A stretch of DNA of 64,000 nt from Felis catus (lineage: Eukaryota): assembly GCF_018350175.1 (NCBI RefSeq), contig NC_058368.1:127970001-128034000 (forward strand), in the 5' to 3' direction. Made by a program: the position numbers and the translations under genes. The stretch's first letter is position 1, and every line of letters begins with the position of its first letter. Positions 11,441 to 22,940 of the stretch are shown here, one piece after another. The notes below the pieces were generated by a model. The model was not told the DNA's origin. It was given only the letters and a program-made list of their open reading frames with translations, and made no database searches.

Positions 11441-13467
11441 TCAGTGTGTGGGGCTTGTGTGGTCACTTCGCGCTCCACTTTCCAAAGTTGGTCTTCATTG
11501 TATTCCCCACTAACCTTGTCTCCCAGCTTTCTCCCTGAAAGCTCCTTAAAGACCATGACTCGGATCCCCAGCTCAGCGAATGGGCCCCTGCTTGATGCCA
11601 ACGCTTCTGGAGTCAGCTGTACGCAGGCTTTCTGGAGTGCGAAATCTGCACACATTCAGACTCTATTTTGCTGTGCTCCAGCAGCCTATAGAGTGCCCCC
11701 CACGAGCCACTGCAGGACCTCGGCAGTGCCGCCTCCCACTTGTCCCCCCTATCAGAGTACACTGCTCTGCTTGCAAACTGGCAACGTGCACTCCTGTCTC
11801 TACCAGTGGCACCTGCCCTTCTTGGAACGGATCCTACTTCCAGATTCTGGGGGTATAAATTTGAAAACGCACCCACTCTGACGCATAAATGCCCACTAAG
11901 CTTACGCTTGCACTCAGAGGGAGACAAAAGAGAAGGTTTCTCAAGCTAGAGAATGCGTGCCCCTTCTCATCTCCACAGTACCCTGAAAAGATGGGAACTA
12001 TAAAGGTACTTCATTTTAAAAACTGAACAATCTGGGGGAAAAAAATCAGACCAAATGCTCAACATTCAACTCATGCCAGTAAGTGAGGTATGTCCAAACG
12101 TGGTACGATTGTGCACTAAGAAGTTACAGAAATTAGTATATGAGACAATGCTTCCTATACACCCTGGCTCTGTCAGCTTCTTTCCTTTCTGCCAAAATAC
12201 ATTCACTAGGGCTGTACGCTATGGCAGACACATCCTTCAAAAAAGAAGATTTGCAGCATAATACTTGATTTGAAATCACCTGCAGATCTTTCACTGCTTT
12301 TTGCCGCCTCTAATCTTATGTTAATAAGTGTTTAACGCTCCCTCTGTTCAAATCCATCCCAATTACCTTTAATGCTATAGGCATCTCCCTCAAGGAAACA
12401 GCAAAGTATTTATGAGAACACAATGCTGTAAGGAAAAGTAAAATATACTGATGCTTTAAAGGACACATCACCCAACTTTGCTAGTGCCCTAGAAATGGAA
12501 CAAATGACTTCTTTGGCCTCACCGTTTATCCAAAATTTCTGTGTTTTGTTCTGAAATTCCCAAGTATTGGCATTTTTATTTTGCTTTTTGAAGATGAGGA
12601 CTTTGTATCTACATTCTGTCTTTCACCCAGTCCTCAAAACTACATTTCACAATGTGGTAGCTGGCATTCAAATTTCAGATATCATGAAAGGGAAACAAAA
12701 CCCAACAGTGATTTTTCAAAAATATATCTGTAGACAAGATGCATAGAGCTGTTGTTGGATTGTTACTGGAAGGAACCACTGTTGGACAAACCACATTTGA
12801 TTCTCTGTCCCAAAATGATGTCATGATTTCCAGCAGGACTCAATAAATATTCAGGATGAAAAGCCAAGAATTTTTTGAGCATCTCCCAAAGGTGTAAAAT
12901 CTACCCTAAGAAGTATTTAAAGGAGAAAACAACTATAAGGCATAAATCTCTTTAAACGCTATCTTGTTCAGATAACCAGCCTGACACTAGAAACAATTAC
13001 AGAACACTACAGTCTATAATTAGAGCTTAATACATTGTGTGGTACAGCTAATAAGTTCAAAAGTAATTAAGAAAAAGAAAAAAAGGAGAGAAGCTGTTAT
13101 AGGCTAGGATCAAGAAAAACAAAACGTACAGTTTTCAAGTAGACCTTTAAAGGTGTTACGTGTAAGGATGAGCAGAAAAGGAAGGGGATGGCATCCATGC
13201 CCACAAGGAACAGCATAGGTGAAATAGACATGAAATCACTGAAGAAGAGGCAGAAACTAGTACATAGGTATATAATAGGTAAAGTGTGGCAGGTTACAAG
13301 GGAGAAAGATAGTCTTCTCTACCAGAACACAGAGAGGATGTGTTACAAGTAATAGAGGGAAATAGCCTGGGATCATTAAGTGGAAAGGAGATGATGGGGG
13401 GGGGGGGGCATTGGGTGCCAGTTGGGCCTGGATGATATGGCAGGGCCGTACTTTAAGAGGTATACTC

Positions 13468-13634
13468 AGGGACACCTGGGTGGCTCAGTCAGTTGAGCAT
13501 CTGACTTCACCTCAGGTCATGATCTTCTGGTTCATGAGTTCCAGCTGCAAGTCAGGCTCTGTCCTGGCACCTCAGGGCCTGGAGCCTGCTTCTGATTCTG
13601 TATTTCTCTCTCTCTCAACACCTCTCCTGCTCGC

Positions 13635-13687
<53 letters not shown>

Positions 13688-13715
13688 AATAATAAACATT
13701 AAAAACCTTTTTCAG
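13468..13715 (+). mobile_element. Can-SINE (felid type) with long (CT)n
   Basis: gggacacctgggtggctcagtcagttgagc head; pure (CT)n ~13637-13684; TSD agaggtata(c/t)tc at 13456-13467 and 13716-13727. Confidence 0.95.
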
Positions 13716-14324
13716 AGAGGTATATTCAACCAACAGAAGATGAGTTAATGGGAGGTGATCTGATTCACCGGTTTGTTTTCCCGCAGAAGTCCTTATTTTA
13801 CAGCATAAATTGTAAAGATCAGGTCTTCTCATTATTTCTGAAACATGGAGTGATTACAAACATTCAGAATCTCAGTTCAAAGAGCAATAGAAATGTATTT
13901 GTTACATTGTTTTCATAAGAATTAAATTAGGTTTTGTATGAAAATTAAGATATAGAAAGCACTTTAGTAAACATTAATTCTTTTCCCCAATAAGCTACTT
14001 CAGTATTTTAGAAATATTTAAAGATGAATTAAAAATAAGATTCTGAGATTTAGACAAAGCTGATACATACAAATGTCCCAAAGAATTACAGAACAATCAC
14101 ACTTTGTTTTTAATCAACTGTCTGATCTTATTTTGTTGTAATCAACATAAATCCAAGACTACTTCTCATTCCCAGTGACTTCATAAATGAAAGAGTATAC
14201 TGAGTTTTGACTCCAAATTTATATGAGAAAATTATAATAGCATCTCTGCTGTTTATATAGACTCCAATTAAGCAATAGATATATCTAGTATGGGGCCTCG
14301 ATCCATTCATCTTTTCTTTAAGAA

Positions 14325-14810
14325 AAAATTTTTTTACTGAGCACCTGCTAAGTGCTAAGCAGTGTTCTGGGCATTGGGAATACAGCAGTGAACAAAAAGA
14401 TCAAATCCCTATGTTTATTTACCTTCAATTCTAAAAGAAGAAGACAGATAAAAGAATGACATGTAAATAACATACAAGTAACATAAATAATTAATGATTA
14501 AAATATTATGTGAGATAGTGATATGTGCAAGGCCAAAACCAAAATGTGTACGATGGGTAAGGGATTGCAGTTTTAAGTAGAATGTCCTGGAAGAGATTCT
14601 CGGAAAAGATAACATCTGAGTAAAAGCCTGAAGCAGTGTAGGAGTGAGCCCTCTAAGTGTCTGCCAGTGTCCTGATGTGTCTGCAGCACAGTCAGGGTAG
14701 CTGGGGCTGAGTGAGCCAGGGGCTGAGTGAGTCAGGGTATGAGGAGTAGAGTGAGATGAGTTCAGAGAAGTAACAGTGTAGTTAAGAGTTCTGTAAGGCA
14801 TACTACAGCA
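14325..14810 (-). mobile_element. L2 fragment
   Basis: tttactgagcacctgctaagtgctaagcagtgttctgggcattgggaatacagcagtgaacaaaa: reverse L2 3' end, followed by purine-rich L2 body. Confidence 0.8.
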
Positions 14811-17099
14811 AATCTCTGAGTATATGGCCCCTTGTGGAGCAGGAAGGCATAGCAGGTCAGTGGTTGGCCCTTAGAGGACACACAAGTCCTGGAAGAGGCA
14901 GAAAATGGCACCATGCTCCAACCTAGCAATAGCCCGTTGTGCCCTTCCAGCCATTTTCAGTGGCTGCTTCCAACACCTAGTCTCAGAATCCCCTCTCACA
15001 TAGTATACTAACATGTAGCAACCATGAGGGATATAATAAAGTAAAAATATGATAATGGTAGGATTGAACATCACCAACAAATCAGAGTACAGTCCACAAA
15101 CTAGCCACACTACAAACCACCATTTGAGAATCACTATCCTAGAAGTGACAGGACATTCACTATCCAGCTTGCAGGAGATGCCAACGGGGCAGAAGGTGCC
15201 AGCGAGGACAGATGGCATCTGCAGGAAGCATCTCACTGGGGTGAGGCAGCCAATGATAATCATAAAATGGTGAAGAAAGAGGCAACTTGAATTTGATAAA
15301 TTAAAACCAATTTCTGAGCTCCTCCCCTTTCCATCCAGGGATACAAAGCCAGGCTGGTTGGATTCATTTTCACTGACTACAGGAAGAGAAATTTGTGCTG
15401 GAAACCTCCATCTAGAGGCAGATAACCCTGCCAGGAACCATTAGAAAGCCTGCTTTCCCCAAAGCAAAATATTTTTCTTAATTAGAGTTAGTGGCCTGGG
15501 CACCTGATTTGCCCCCTCTTAATGCACTATAACTCTTATACTTTAAGTAATTAATAAGGAAACTCCTAAGGATATGAAGCCTCCCACTTCTCGGTGATGA
15601 CCAAAGATAATCATACTGTTGAAATATTAAAAACATGGCCATGTCATTATTTTCTCTCTGGGTAACAATGGGGATTTTGGAAAGGCTTCCTGTTGACAAT
15701 TCGGGCACTCACCTAAAACACAGAAATGCTAGAAAAATGTCAACATTTCAACCTCACAAAGTGCCTGTTGTTGTATGGTATTATATAAAATAGAGAAACA
15801 ACCAGGACGGTAATGTCACAGGACGATGAAATATCACCGTTATCTTATGGCAATTCCCTCAACATCATTTTATGGTGGTATTTTTTCCCCAAAAGTAGTT
15901 TGGACATAGCATTTATTTCCTGAGATGGGTTTGGAAGTTACTGCACTTTTACTGAGACCAAGTGCTAAAAGGAGGGAGAAGAAGAGGAAGAAGGAGAGGG
16001 ACAAAAAGAAAGAGAAATTGGGGGAGACAGAGAGAGGGAAAGAGACCAAGACTGCAGACATAAACTGGCTATGTTTTTTTTTTTTTAATTATCTTCAACC
16101 TAATGAAGTGTTTGCTTTAAATTGGGAACTTCTTGCAATAATTACCTTACTTGAGAATTTAATCAAAGCTACCATAACATGATCAGAAACCTTCCTAAGT
16201 ACATCACTTATCTGTAAGTAATTACTTCCCTACTTGTGCAGCTATAAGGTAAAATGCACTCAAAACAAAAGAAAATGCACACCAGTTCAAATGCACAGCA
16301 AGTGCAAATTTTGAGATTCATACTTAGAAGCCACAAATGTCAAAGTAGCTTCTCACTTGTGAAAAATAAGTAATACTGCCAATTTCCTTAACTACTCAAC
16401 AAATGGACCCAGTCTGATCTTAACCAGAGTTTTCAGTAAAATTACTAATTGTGATAAGTTACAGCAATATTTAGGGTTTTCTTAAATCCAGTAATTCTGG
16501 CAAAGAGAAACAGAACTGAAAAAAAGTATACGTAAACCCTCAAGGTTTTCAATGACTTCTAAAAAGAGATGTTCCTTTTGTTAAAAAAACTAAAGCTTTT
16601 TTTAACCTCATTTTTATTTTTATTTGAAAAAAATACTTTTATTTTAAAAAATACAGGCTCATAAAATTATAAAATTGAACTTAAAATTTGAAACAGCAAA
16701 GTAACAAAACCCATAAAACCTTAAGTTCTTAAAACAGGGAAAATGAAACTGCATTCCATCAGGAACCCAATTAAATTATTTTAGACCTACTCCTCTGACA
16801 ATTTAGCAAAACGGTGAAGTCTTCCTCTACAAATGGATCTATAATTGAGGACAGACCCCCCCCCAAAAAAAGAGGTACTTAAAAGCTATTTGGTAACTGC
16901 CCAAGAAACCAGAATGACTGTTTCAAACACCATTTCAAACCTCACTGCAAATACTTCACAGCATAATATCAGTATTATAGGGTTTCTTTGGGAGAGCGGG
17001 GGTTGTTGTTTTTCCTTTCTTTTGCAGAAAAATTAGATTACGGCGACGATTTTCTAGGGGACTAGAATGTCAGAAGGATTGAGGGGCAGCCTGGGTGAC

Positions 17100-17650
17100 C
17101 AAGACCGGTTTCACTTCGGTGCTCCTTTTTCCACCAGCTGAATTTCTAGTGGACGATGTTAGGCACAGCTGGGTGGCCGGGTCGGGAAATGGCCCAAGCT
17201 GAGCAGTGGTGGCGCCACAGCGGCTGGCAGCCGCACCGGCAGGGCCGGCAGGACGCAGAAGGAGGGGCCACGCGCACCTGCCGCTCTCCTCCCGGGCGTG
17301 GGCGTTGATTCCTGACCCTGCGGCTGGCCGGGCTCAAGCCACACAGGAGCCCTCCCCGCACCAGAAGATAGTGCAGACCCAGACCGCTAACAAAACCGTC
17401 ATTCCGGAAACACTGCACCTAATGTAATACTCTGCACTCCGGGACCACTCAATAACAGCTCGCAGGTGCCAGGGAGGCAGTTCTTTACCGGAGACGCTGA
17501 AGCACTTATGTGTGGACACTGAGCGTTTCCCGCGAGGGAAGAAGACAGGTCAAGCAGCCTCCATTTTGCAGACAGGAGAACTAATGCACCCAGCAGCCCC
17601 GTCGCAAAAGACTAGGATATATCCAGAACCCATTTCGCGTGGCACAGGTC
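17100..17650. promoter_or_regulatory. Mini CpG island; candidate alternative promoter or enhancer
   Basis: ~34 CpGs in 540 bp by manual count against a CpG-depleted background; EGR site GCGTGGGCG 17296-17304; E2F-type TTTCCCGC 17526-17533; ETS core CCGGAA 17404-17409; not repeat-derived as far as I can see. Confidence 0.6.
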
Positions 17651-18574
17651 TCTAAGTTGCACTGAAGGGAAAGCTACTTCCTTCAGAAATCGTGAGGAGT
17701 TTTGGGTGTATATGTATACGAATATGTAAATGTGTATCTGTACATGCATGTATACATGCATATGAAACCTATACACATATGTAAATACACATATATGTAG
17801 TTTCCTCTTTCCATATTATCATGTTAAACTTTTTTCCGGATTTGCTACCGTATACACACAGAAGAGTTGAAAACAGGACAGAATTAGAAAATAAACTAAA
17901 ATAATGTACTTATTATGTAATGTATGTGAATCCCTACTCCCACCAACATGTGGCCTGTTCATTTTTGCCTAGTTTCTAGATGAGCAATTTGGGTCCTAGT
18001 AACATCACCTACCTTGAGGGTGCAGTTTTTAAATACTAGCACCCCCAAAACTACATGAGTATGGGTCCTGTAACATTTCCTGGACATTTCTTTATTTAAT
18101 AGGCCCTGAAAATATGCTTAGGCTACCCGTGGACTCCATGAGGAACTTGCAATTCTTCAGACATGCAATTTGTGTTTTGGGGATGTCAGAGTGACTGAAA
18201 CAGCCTCACAAATTCACAAGCTCCCCAAGCATTACTTGTAGAGGAAAAATGTCACTATACATCATTTTAAGAATGTAAGTAAAAATTATTCTCATGAATT
18301 TAAAAAACAAATTCATTTTTAAGCGTCACTAAATTCATAGTGGTTTTTGTCATTATATATTCCTCAAGGCACACATTCCAAAAATATAATTACCCTCATG
18401 TGTAACTGTGGGCTGGATTTAAGGCCTGGCTTCTCACAGAAAAGTATAAATGGTTTGGGAATTCTGAGACAAACCGATTTAAAGTTAACCCAGGATTCCC
18501 CAGGCAGAGACCCTGGTTAATCTGCATACCTGCCATCCTTTCTCTCTTTTCTGGAATCAAAAATCTTAACTTCT

Positions 18575-18796
18575 GGGGCACTTGGGTGGCTCAGGTGGTT
18601 GAGCGTCTGACTTTGGCTCAGGTCACGATCTCACAGTTCATGGGTTTGAGCCTCACATTGGGCTTTGTGCTGACAGCTCAGAGCCTGGAGACTGCTTCAG
18701 ATTTTGTGTCTCTCCCTCTCTGTGGCCCTCCCCCAATCACACTCTGCCTCTCTCTCTCAAAAATAATAAATAAATAGTAAAAAAAAAAAATTTTTT
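18575..18796 (+). mobile_element. Can-SINE (felid type)
   Basis: ggggcacttgggtggctcag head; TSD cttaacttct at 18565-18574 and 18800-18809. Confidence 0.95.
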
Positions 18797-19065
18797 AACC
18801 TTAACTTCTGATAATTCTCAGGGGGATACTTTTCCATGTTTGACAGCAGAACATAGGCCTTCCAAAGACTAAAAAATCTGTACCCCAGTAGTGATGTGGG
18901 GATCCTGGAAGAAAGAAAGAGACTCTACTTTGGGTATCATCAGGGGTGAGCAAGAGCTAAGCCTCCTTTTCAGAGTCCATTTTTTTGTAACTTCATGAAA
19001 AGAGCCTGCCTAACAACATTGCCAATATAGAGGATGGGCAAGCAAAGCCAAAAGAGGTAGTGAGA

Positions 19066-19281
19066 GTGGTGTCTGAGTGGCTCAGTTAAGGGTCTGACCC
19101 TTGGTTTTGGCTCAGATCATTATCTCGTGGTTCAAGAGTTCAAGCCCCTCATCAGGCTTTGTGCTGACAGCATGGAGTCTGCTTGGGATTCTCTCTCCCC
19201 CACCTCTCTCTACCCCTCCCTCATTCAGGCACACACACTCTCTCTCCTCTACAAAAAAAATATAAATAAACTTTAAAACAC
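19066..19281 (+). mobile_element. Can-SINE
   Basis: Diverged head gtggtgtctgagtggctcagttaag; TSD aaga(g/a)gtagtgaga at 19052-19065 and 19282-19295. Confidence 0.9.
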
Positions 19282-19337
19282 AAGAAGTAGTGAGAGACAG
19301 GCTTAGGTGAGTGACACCATTTAAACATGTGTCACTA

Positions 19338-19540
19338 GGGGCACCTGGGTGGTTACGTTGGTTGAACGTCTGACTTTGGCTCAGGTCATGATCTCAGGGT
19401 TCGCAAATTTGAGCCCCTCACTGAGCTCTGCACTGACCTAGTGGAGCCTGCTTGAGATGCTCTCTTTCTCTCTCTGCCCCTCCCCGACTTGTGCTCTTGC
19501 TCTTTCTCAAAATTAAAAAAAATAAATAAACTTAAAAAAT
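19338..19540 (+). mobile_element. Can-SINE
   Basis: ggggcacctgggtggtt head, CT tract, A tail; degenerate TSD aaacatgtgtcacta / aaacacctgttacta. Confidence 0.93.
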
Positions 19541-19592
19541 AAACACCTGTTACTACATTTGTCCCCATTCAACTTAAAATTAGGTGAGTCAA

Positions 19593-19815
19593 GGAGCACC
19601 TGGGTGGTTCAGTGGGTTAAGCATCGGACTTTGGCTCAGGTCATGATCTTGCGGTTCATGAGTTCGAGCCCCACATGGGGCTCTGTGTTGACAGCTCAGA
19701 GTTTGGAGCCCGCTTCAAATTCTGTATCTCCCTCTCTCCCTCTCTGATCCTCCCCCAGTCAGGCTCTGTCTTTCTGTCTCTCAAGAATAAACAAACATTT
19801 AAAACATTTAAAACA
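19593..19815 (+). mobile_element. Can-SINE (felid type)
   Basis: ggagcacctgggtggttcagtgggttaagc head, B-box gagttcgagccc; degenerate TSD aattaggtgagtcaa / aattatatgaatcaa. Confidence 0.95.
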
Positions 19816-19956
19816 ATTATATGAATCAACAAATTCATTTTTTGCTTAAATTACTTCAGTCTGCTTTTCTGTTCCTTGCAAAGAAAACCTTGCCTAATAC
19901 TAGAGGTAAACAAAATGTTTGTCACTGAAAAGATCTCATTTAAAAAACTGATGAGT

Positions 19957-20052
19957 GGGGTACCTGGCTAGCTCAGTCAGAACAGCATGTGACTCTTGAT
20001 CTCAGAGCAGTGAGTTCAAGCCCCACAATGGGTGTAGAGATTACTTAAAAAT
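19957..20052 (+). mobile_element. Short tRNA-like Can-SINE (no CT tract)
   Basis: ggggtacctggctagctcagtcag...gagttcaagccccacaatgggtgtagagattacttaaaa: short carnivore SINE form. Confidence 0.85.
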
Positions 20053-20099
20053 GAATTAATCAACATTAAAAAAATTGATCAAAAATTGAAAAAAATGGA

Positions 20100-20950
20100 T
20101 AATCACTGCGCTACAGCATTTTCACACTGTTACCCATGTCCTTATTCCTCACCTTTTCTCCTTTCTTGGTTGCCATAATGCAACACTCTCTTAGTTCTCC
20201 TCCTAACCAAGACTATGGTCGTTCCATCTTTGTCTCCCCAACTGTCCCTCAAGTGTGCATGCTCTGGGTTTCTGTACTCAGCTGCTTCTCTTCCCCATGT
20301 TTTTCCCCCTTCAGTTTCATCCAGGGGCTGGTTTCCTATTCCTTTCCTTGTTGCTCCTGAACTCCAAAGGTTCAGTGGTCTCCTGACACCTCACCAGTCT
20401 TCTTGGATTGTCTTGTTTTGGGAGTCGTTTTTAGACTCTCCAGGCCTTCCAATGCTTTCATGATTCTAGAAAAAGCTAGATGGAGTATCTGTCATCCAGT
20501 TTCTCTAGAATTCTCCCCACTGACAACAGGATACCATTTAAAGCTTTTTCAACAGACAAGAAGACCTTGAGTACCATAGCCACTACTTTCCAGTGTAGCT
20601 TTATCTCCTGCCAGTTTCCTCTTCGTACTTTGACACACTGACAAGTCAGTTCTTTCCATGCCTCTGTCAGAGCATATATTCCTCTATCTTCCTGCACCAC
20701 CCTCTCCCTCCTGATTGCCTGGTAAATGTCCATATAGCCTTCAGAGACTCCTCCAGAGATATTAGCCCCCTTGTTTGTAGACACCACAGGACCTTATGCT
20801 CAACACTTCAGAATTATCAGGTTACTATATTATAATTTCGTTTTCATGTTTACCTTCCCACTATAATTGAAATTCACTGAGGGCACACATAGTGAATTTT
20901 TCTTGGCTCCCCCATGCCTATCATAGTATATGATACTTAGATAAATAGAA
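20100..20950 (+). mobile_element. Decayed L2 fragment
   Basis: Pyrimidine-rich L2-like body and 3' motifs (cttcccactataattgaaattcactgagggca); boundaries approximate. Confidence 0.55.
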
Positions 20951-21396
20951 GGAGAATTAAATCTTCCCTCAATTTATGAAATGTTGCAGAGGCTTAAATG
21001 CATTTCCTTTCAGCTCCATCTCCTGGGAGAAATGATAAGATATGAAATAAAATGTTTCTGCCTTGAAAAGGCAGCACTTACATATGAAGACTTTATTAAT
21101 ACTACTTCCTACCTAGCTTCACAACCTTCCAACACCACCCAGAATCACTGTAAGTCATGGAAAGACAAGGGAACTTCAACTATTTCCTCAAATCCACACA
21201 ACCTCAGTTCTACCCCATAACCCAGTGCACTTTTCCCATTCCCTTAAATTCACGGAAAAGTGACAGACTACTTTGACATTCTCTCTCATTCTCAATGCTT
21301 TAAATTTTATATGCTTATATAACTTATATAGAATTCCTTTTTTAAAAAATGTATCACACAATTGTTACCTGGAAATAAGGTGGTGGGCAAAGAGAC

Positions 21397-21593
21397 TTTT
21401 TTTTTAATGTTTATTTATTTTTGAGATAGAGAGTGCCAGGCAGGGAGGGGCAGAGAGAGAGGGGAACAGAGGATCCAAAGCTGGCTTCACCCTGACAGCA
21501 GCGAGCCCCATACGGAGCTTGAAATCACAAACCCTGAGGTCACAACCTGAGCTGATGTCGGAAGCTCAACCAACTGAGCCACCCAGGTGCCCC
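21397..21593 (-). mobile_element. Can-SINE
   Basis: Ends actgagccacccaggtgcccc; TSD gggca(a/c)agagac at 21385-21396 and 21594-21605. Confidence 0.95.
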
Positions 21594-22756
21594 GGGCACA
21601 GAGACCTCTCAAACTTAATAAAAATGAATTTAGCGAAACTACCAGACTCCATTTTAATAAGGCTATTATTCTTCTCCGTACTTGGCAGCAAGAGTTCAAA
21701 GTTACGTGTTAAGTGCAAAAGTGCAAACTGGAGCCTGAAAGAGTGACATTAGCAGGGATGCCACACTATCATGGTATATCACGGCTATTTTAACCACAGG
21801 GCAGGGTTCTTCACTAGATAGAAGACAGATGCCTTTGGTGATCTGTAATACTAATTTAGAAAGGAGAAAATACGGCTTCACAAACAGGAGTTGGACTTAA
21901 TAGCTGGTATTTAAAACCCGAAGTCTTCAAGGAAGAAAACCTCTGAGGCCAAATCTCTAAGCCCCAGAGGTCCTCGAGGCTAGCAACACTTAAACTTCCC
22001 TCCTTTGAAAGGAGAACAAAGCCATCACCCGAGGCAGTCATTATTGTAGAATCTGTCCTTGTCCTCTCCTTCACACCACTCAGCGTGATCTCCTCTTTGC
22101 CAATACTGGCCCAACACTGCTACCAAAAACAAAGCAAAGCAAAACCAAACCACTCTTCGCTTCCAGATTTTAATGTCTAAGGTCGGCTAACGGTATTTCT
22201 CGGTTAGGGCTGATGGAAGGACAGTGGTGTGATTCAGTCTCTGGCAGTAGTTCCTATGACTCATTTGGTGACTGAGTCTGAAGCAGGCAGAATGTAACAT
22301 CACCCCTTTCAATTTCGGTTAGAAATGCTGTTTGGGGACAACTGATTCCCGGGACACACACAGCAAGAACACAAAAGGAAAAGAAAAACAAACAAGGAAA
22401 ACAGAAAATCTCATTAGGCAGAGCAGGTAAGAGATTTTAGAGCAGAGGTGAAGATTACTTGCAACTCTCCCTATGAGTTATCCTTACAGCTATTTATAAG
22501 GATATTATTTTTGTTTCCTCTACAAATTGTATGACCTCCAAGAAATTAATTTGGTATATGGGTCTGCCCTCACCCTAACCCTCAAAGGAAGAAAACTGCA
22601 AAAGTTAATTAGACAGCAATTGCTTTTGTTTTTATAAGGGCTCTTTATTTTACAAGGAAAAGAAGTTTTCTTCAAATTACAAATTTCCCTACTGAGTTAG
22701 AATATGATGTGAAGAGTCTTATTCATGCCTCAATCTGGGGGAATGTCTCTTCTATC

Positions 22757-22940
22757 TAGTTCTTAAAATGTGGACCCTGAACAAGCCACGGCAGCACAAC
22801 ACCAGAAACTTATTAGAAATGCCAATTTGAGTCCCATCCCAGACCTACAGATCATACACTCAGGGTGGTGGATCCCAGCAATCTGTAGCATAACAAGCCC
22901 TCCAGGTGATTCTGATACGTTTCAAAGTTTGAGAACCTAC
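22757..22940. mobile_element. MER5A-like hAT-Charlie MITE
   Basis: gttcttaaaatgtggaccc...ttattagaaatgc...aacaagccctccaggtgattctgat...caaagtttgagaacc. Confidence 0.85.

Noticed and set aside
11444..11949. Four overlapping ORFs on both strands
   Set aside because: Explained by local GC richness lowering stop frequency; no homology recognised
17706..17800. Alternating purine-pyrimidine tract with 18-bp palindrome (17744-17761); similar tract at 41810-41840
   Set aside because: Ordinary decayed (TA/CA/TG) microsatellites; palindromy is a trivial consequence of the repeat
19957..20052. tRNA-like sequence with A and B boxes
   Set aside because: Matches the short Can-SINE form with A tail; the cloverleaf is degenerate, so it is not a functional tRNA
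18575..20052. Regularly recurring similar motifs (possible CRISPR-like or tandem array)
   Set aside because: Units are ~200-bp SINEs with individual TSDs, not short direct repeats with spacers; the DNA is mammalian and has no cas-like ORFs
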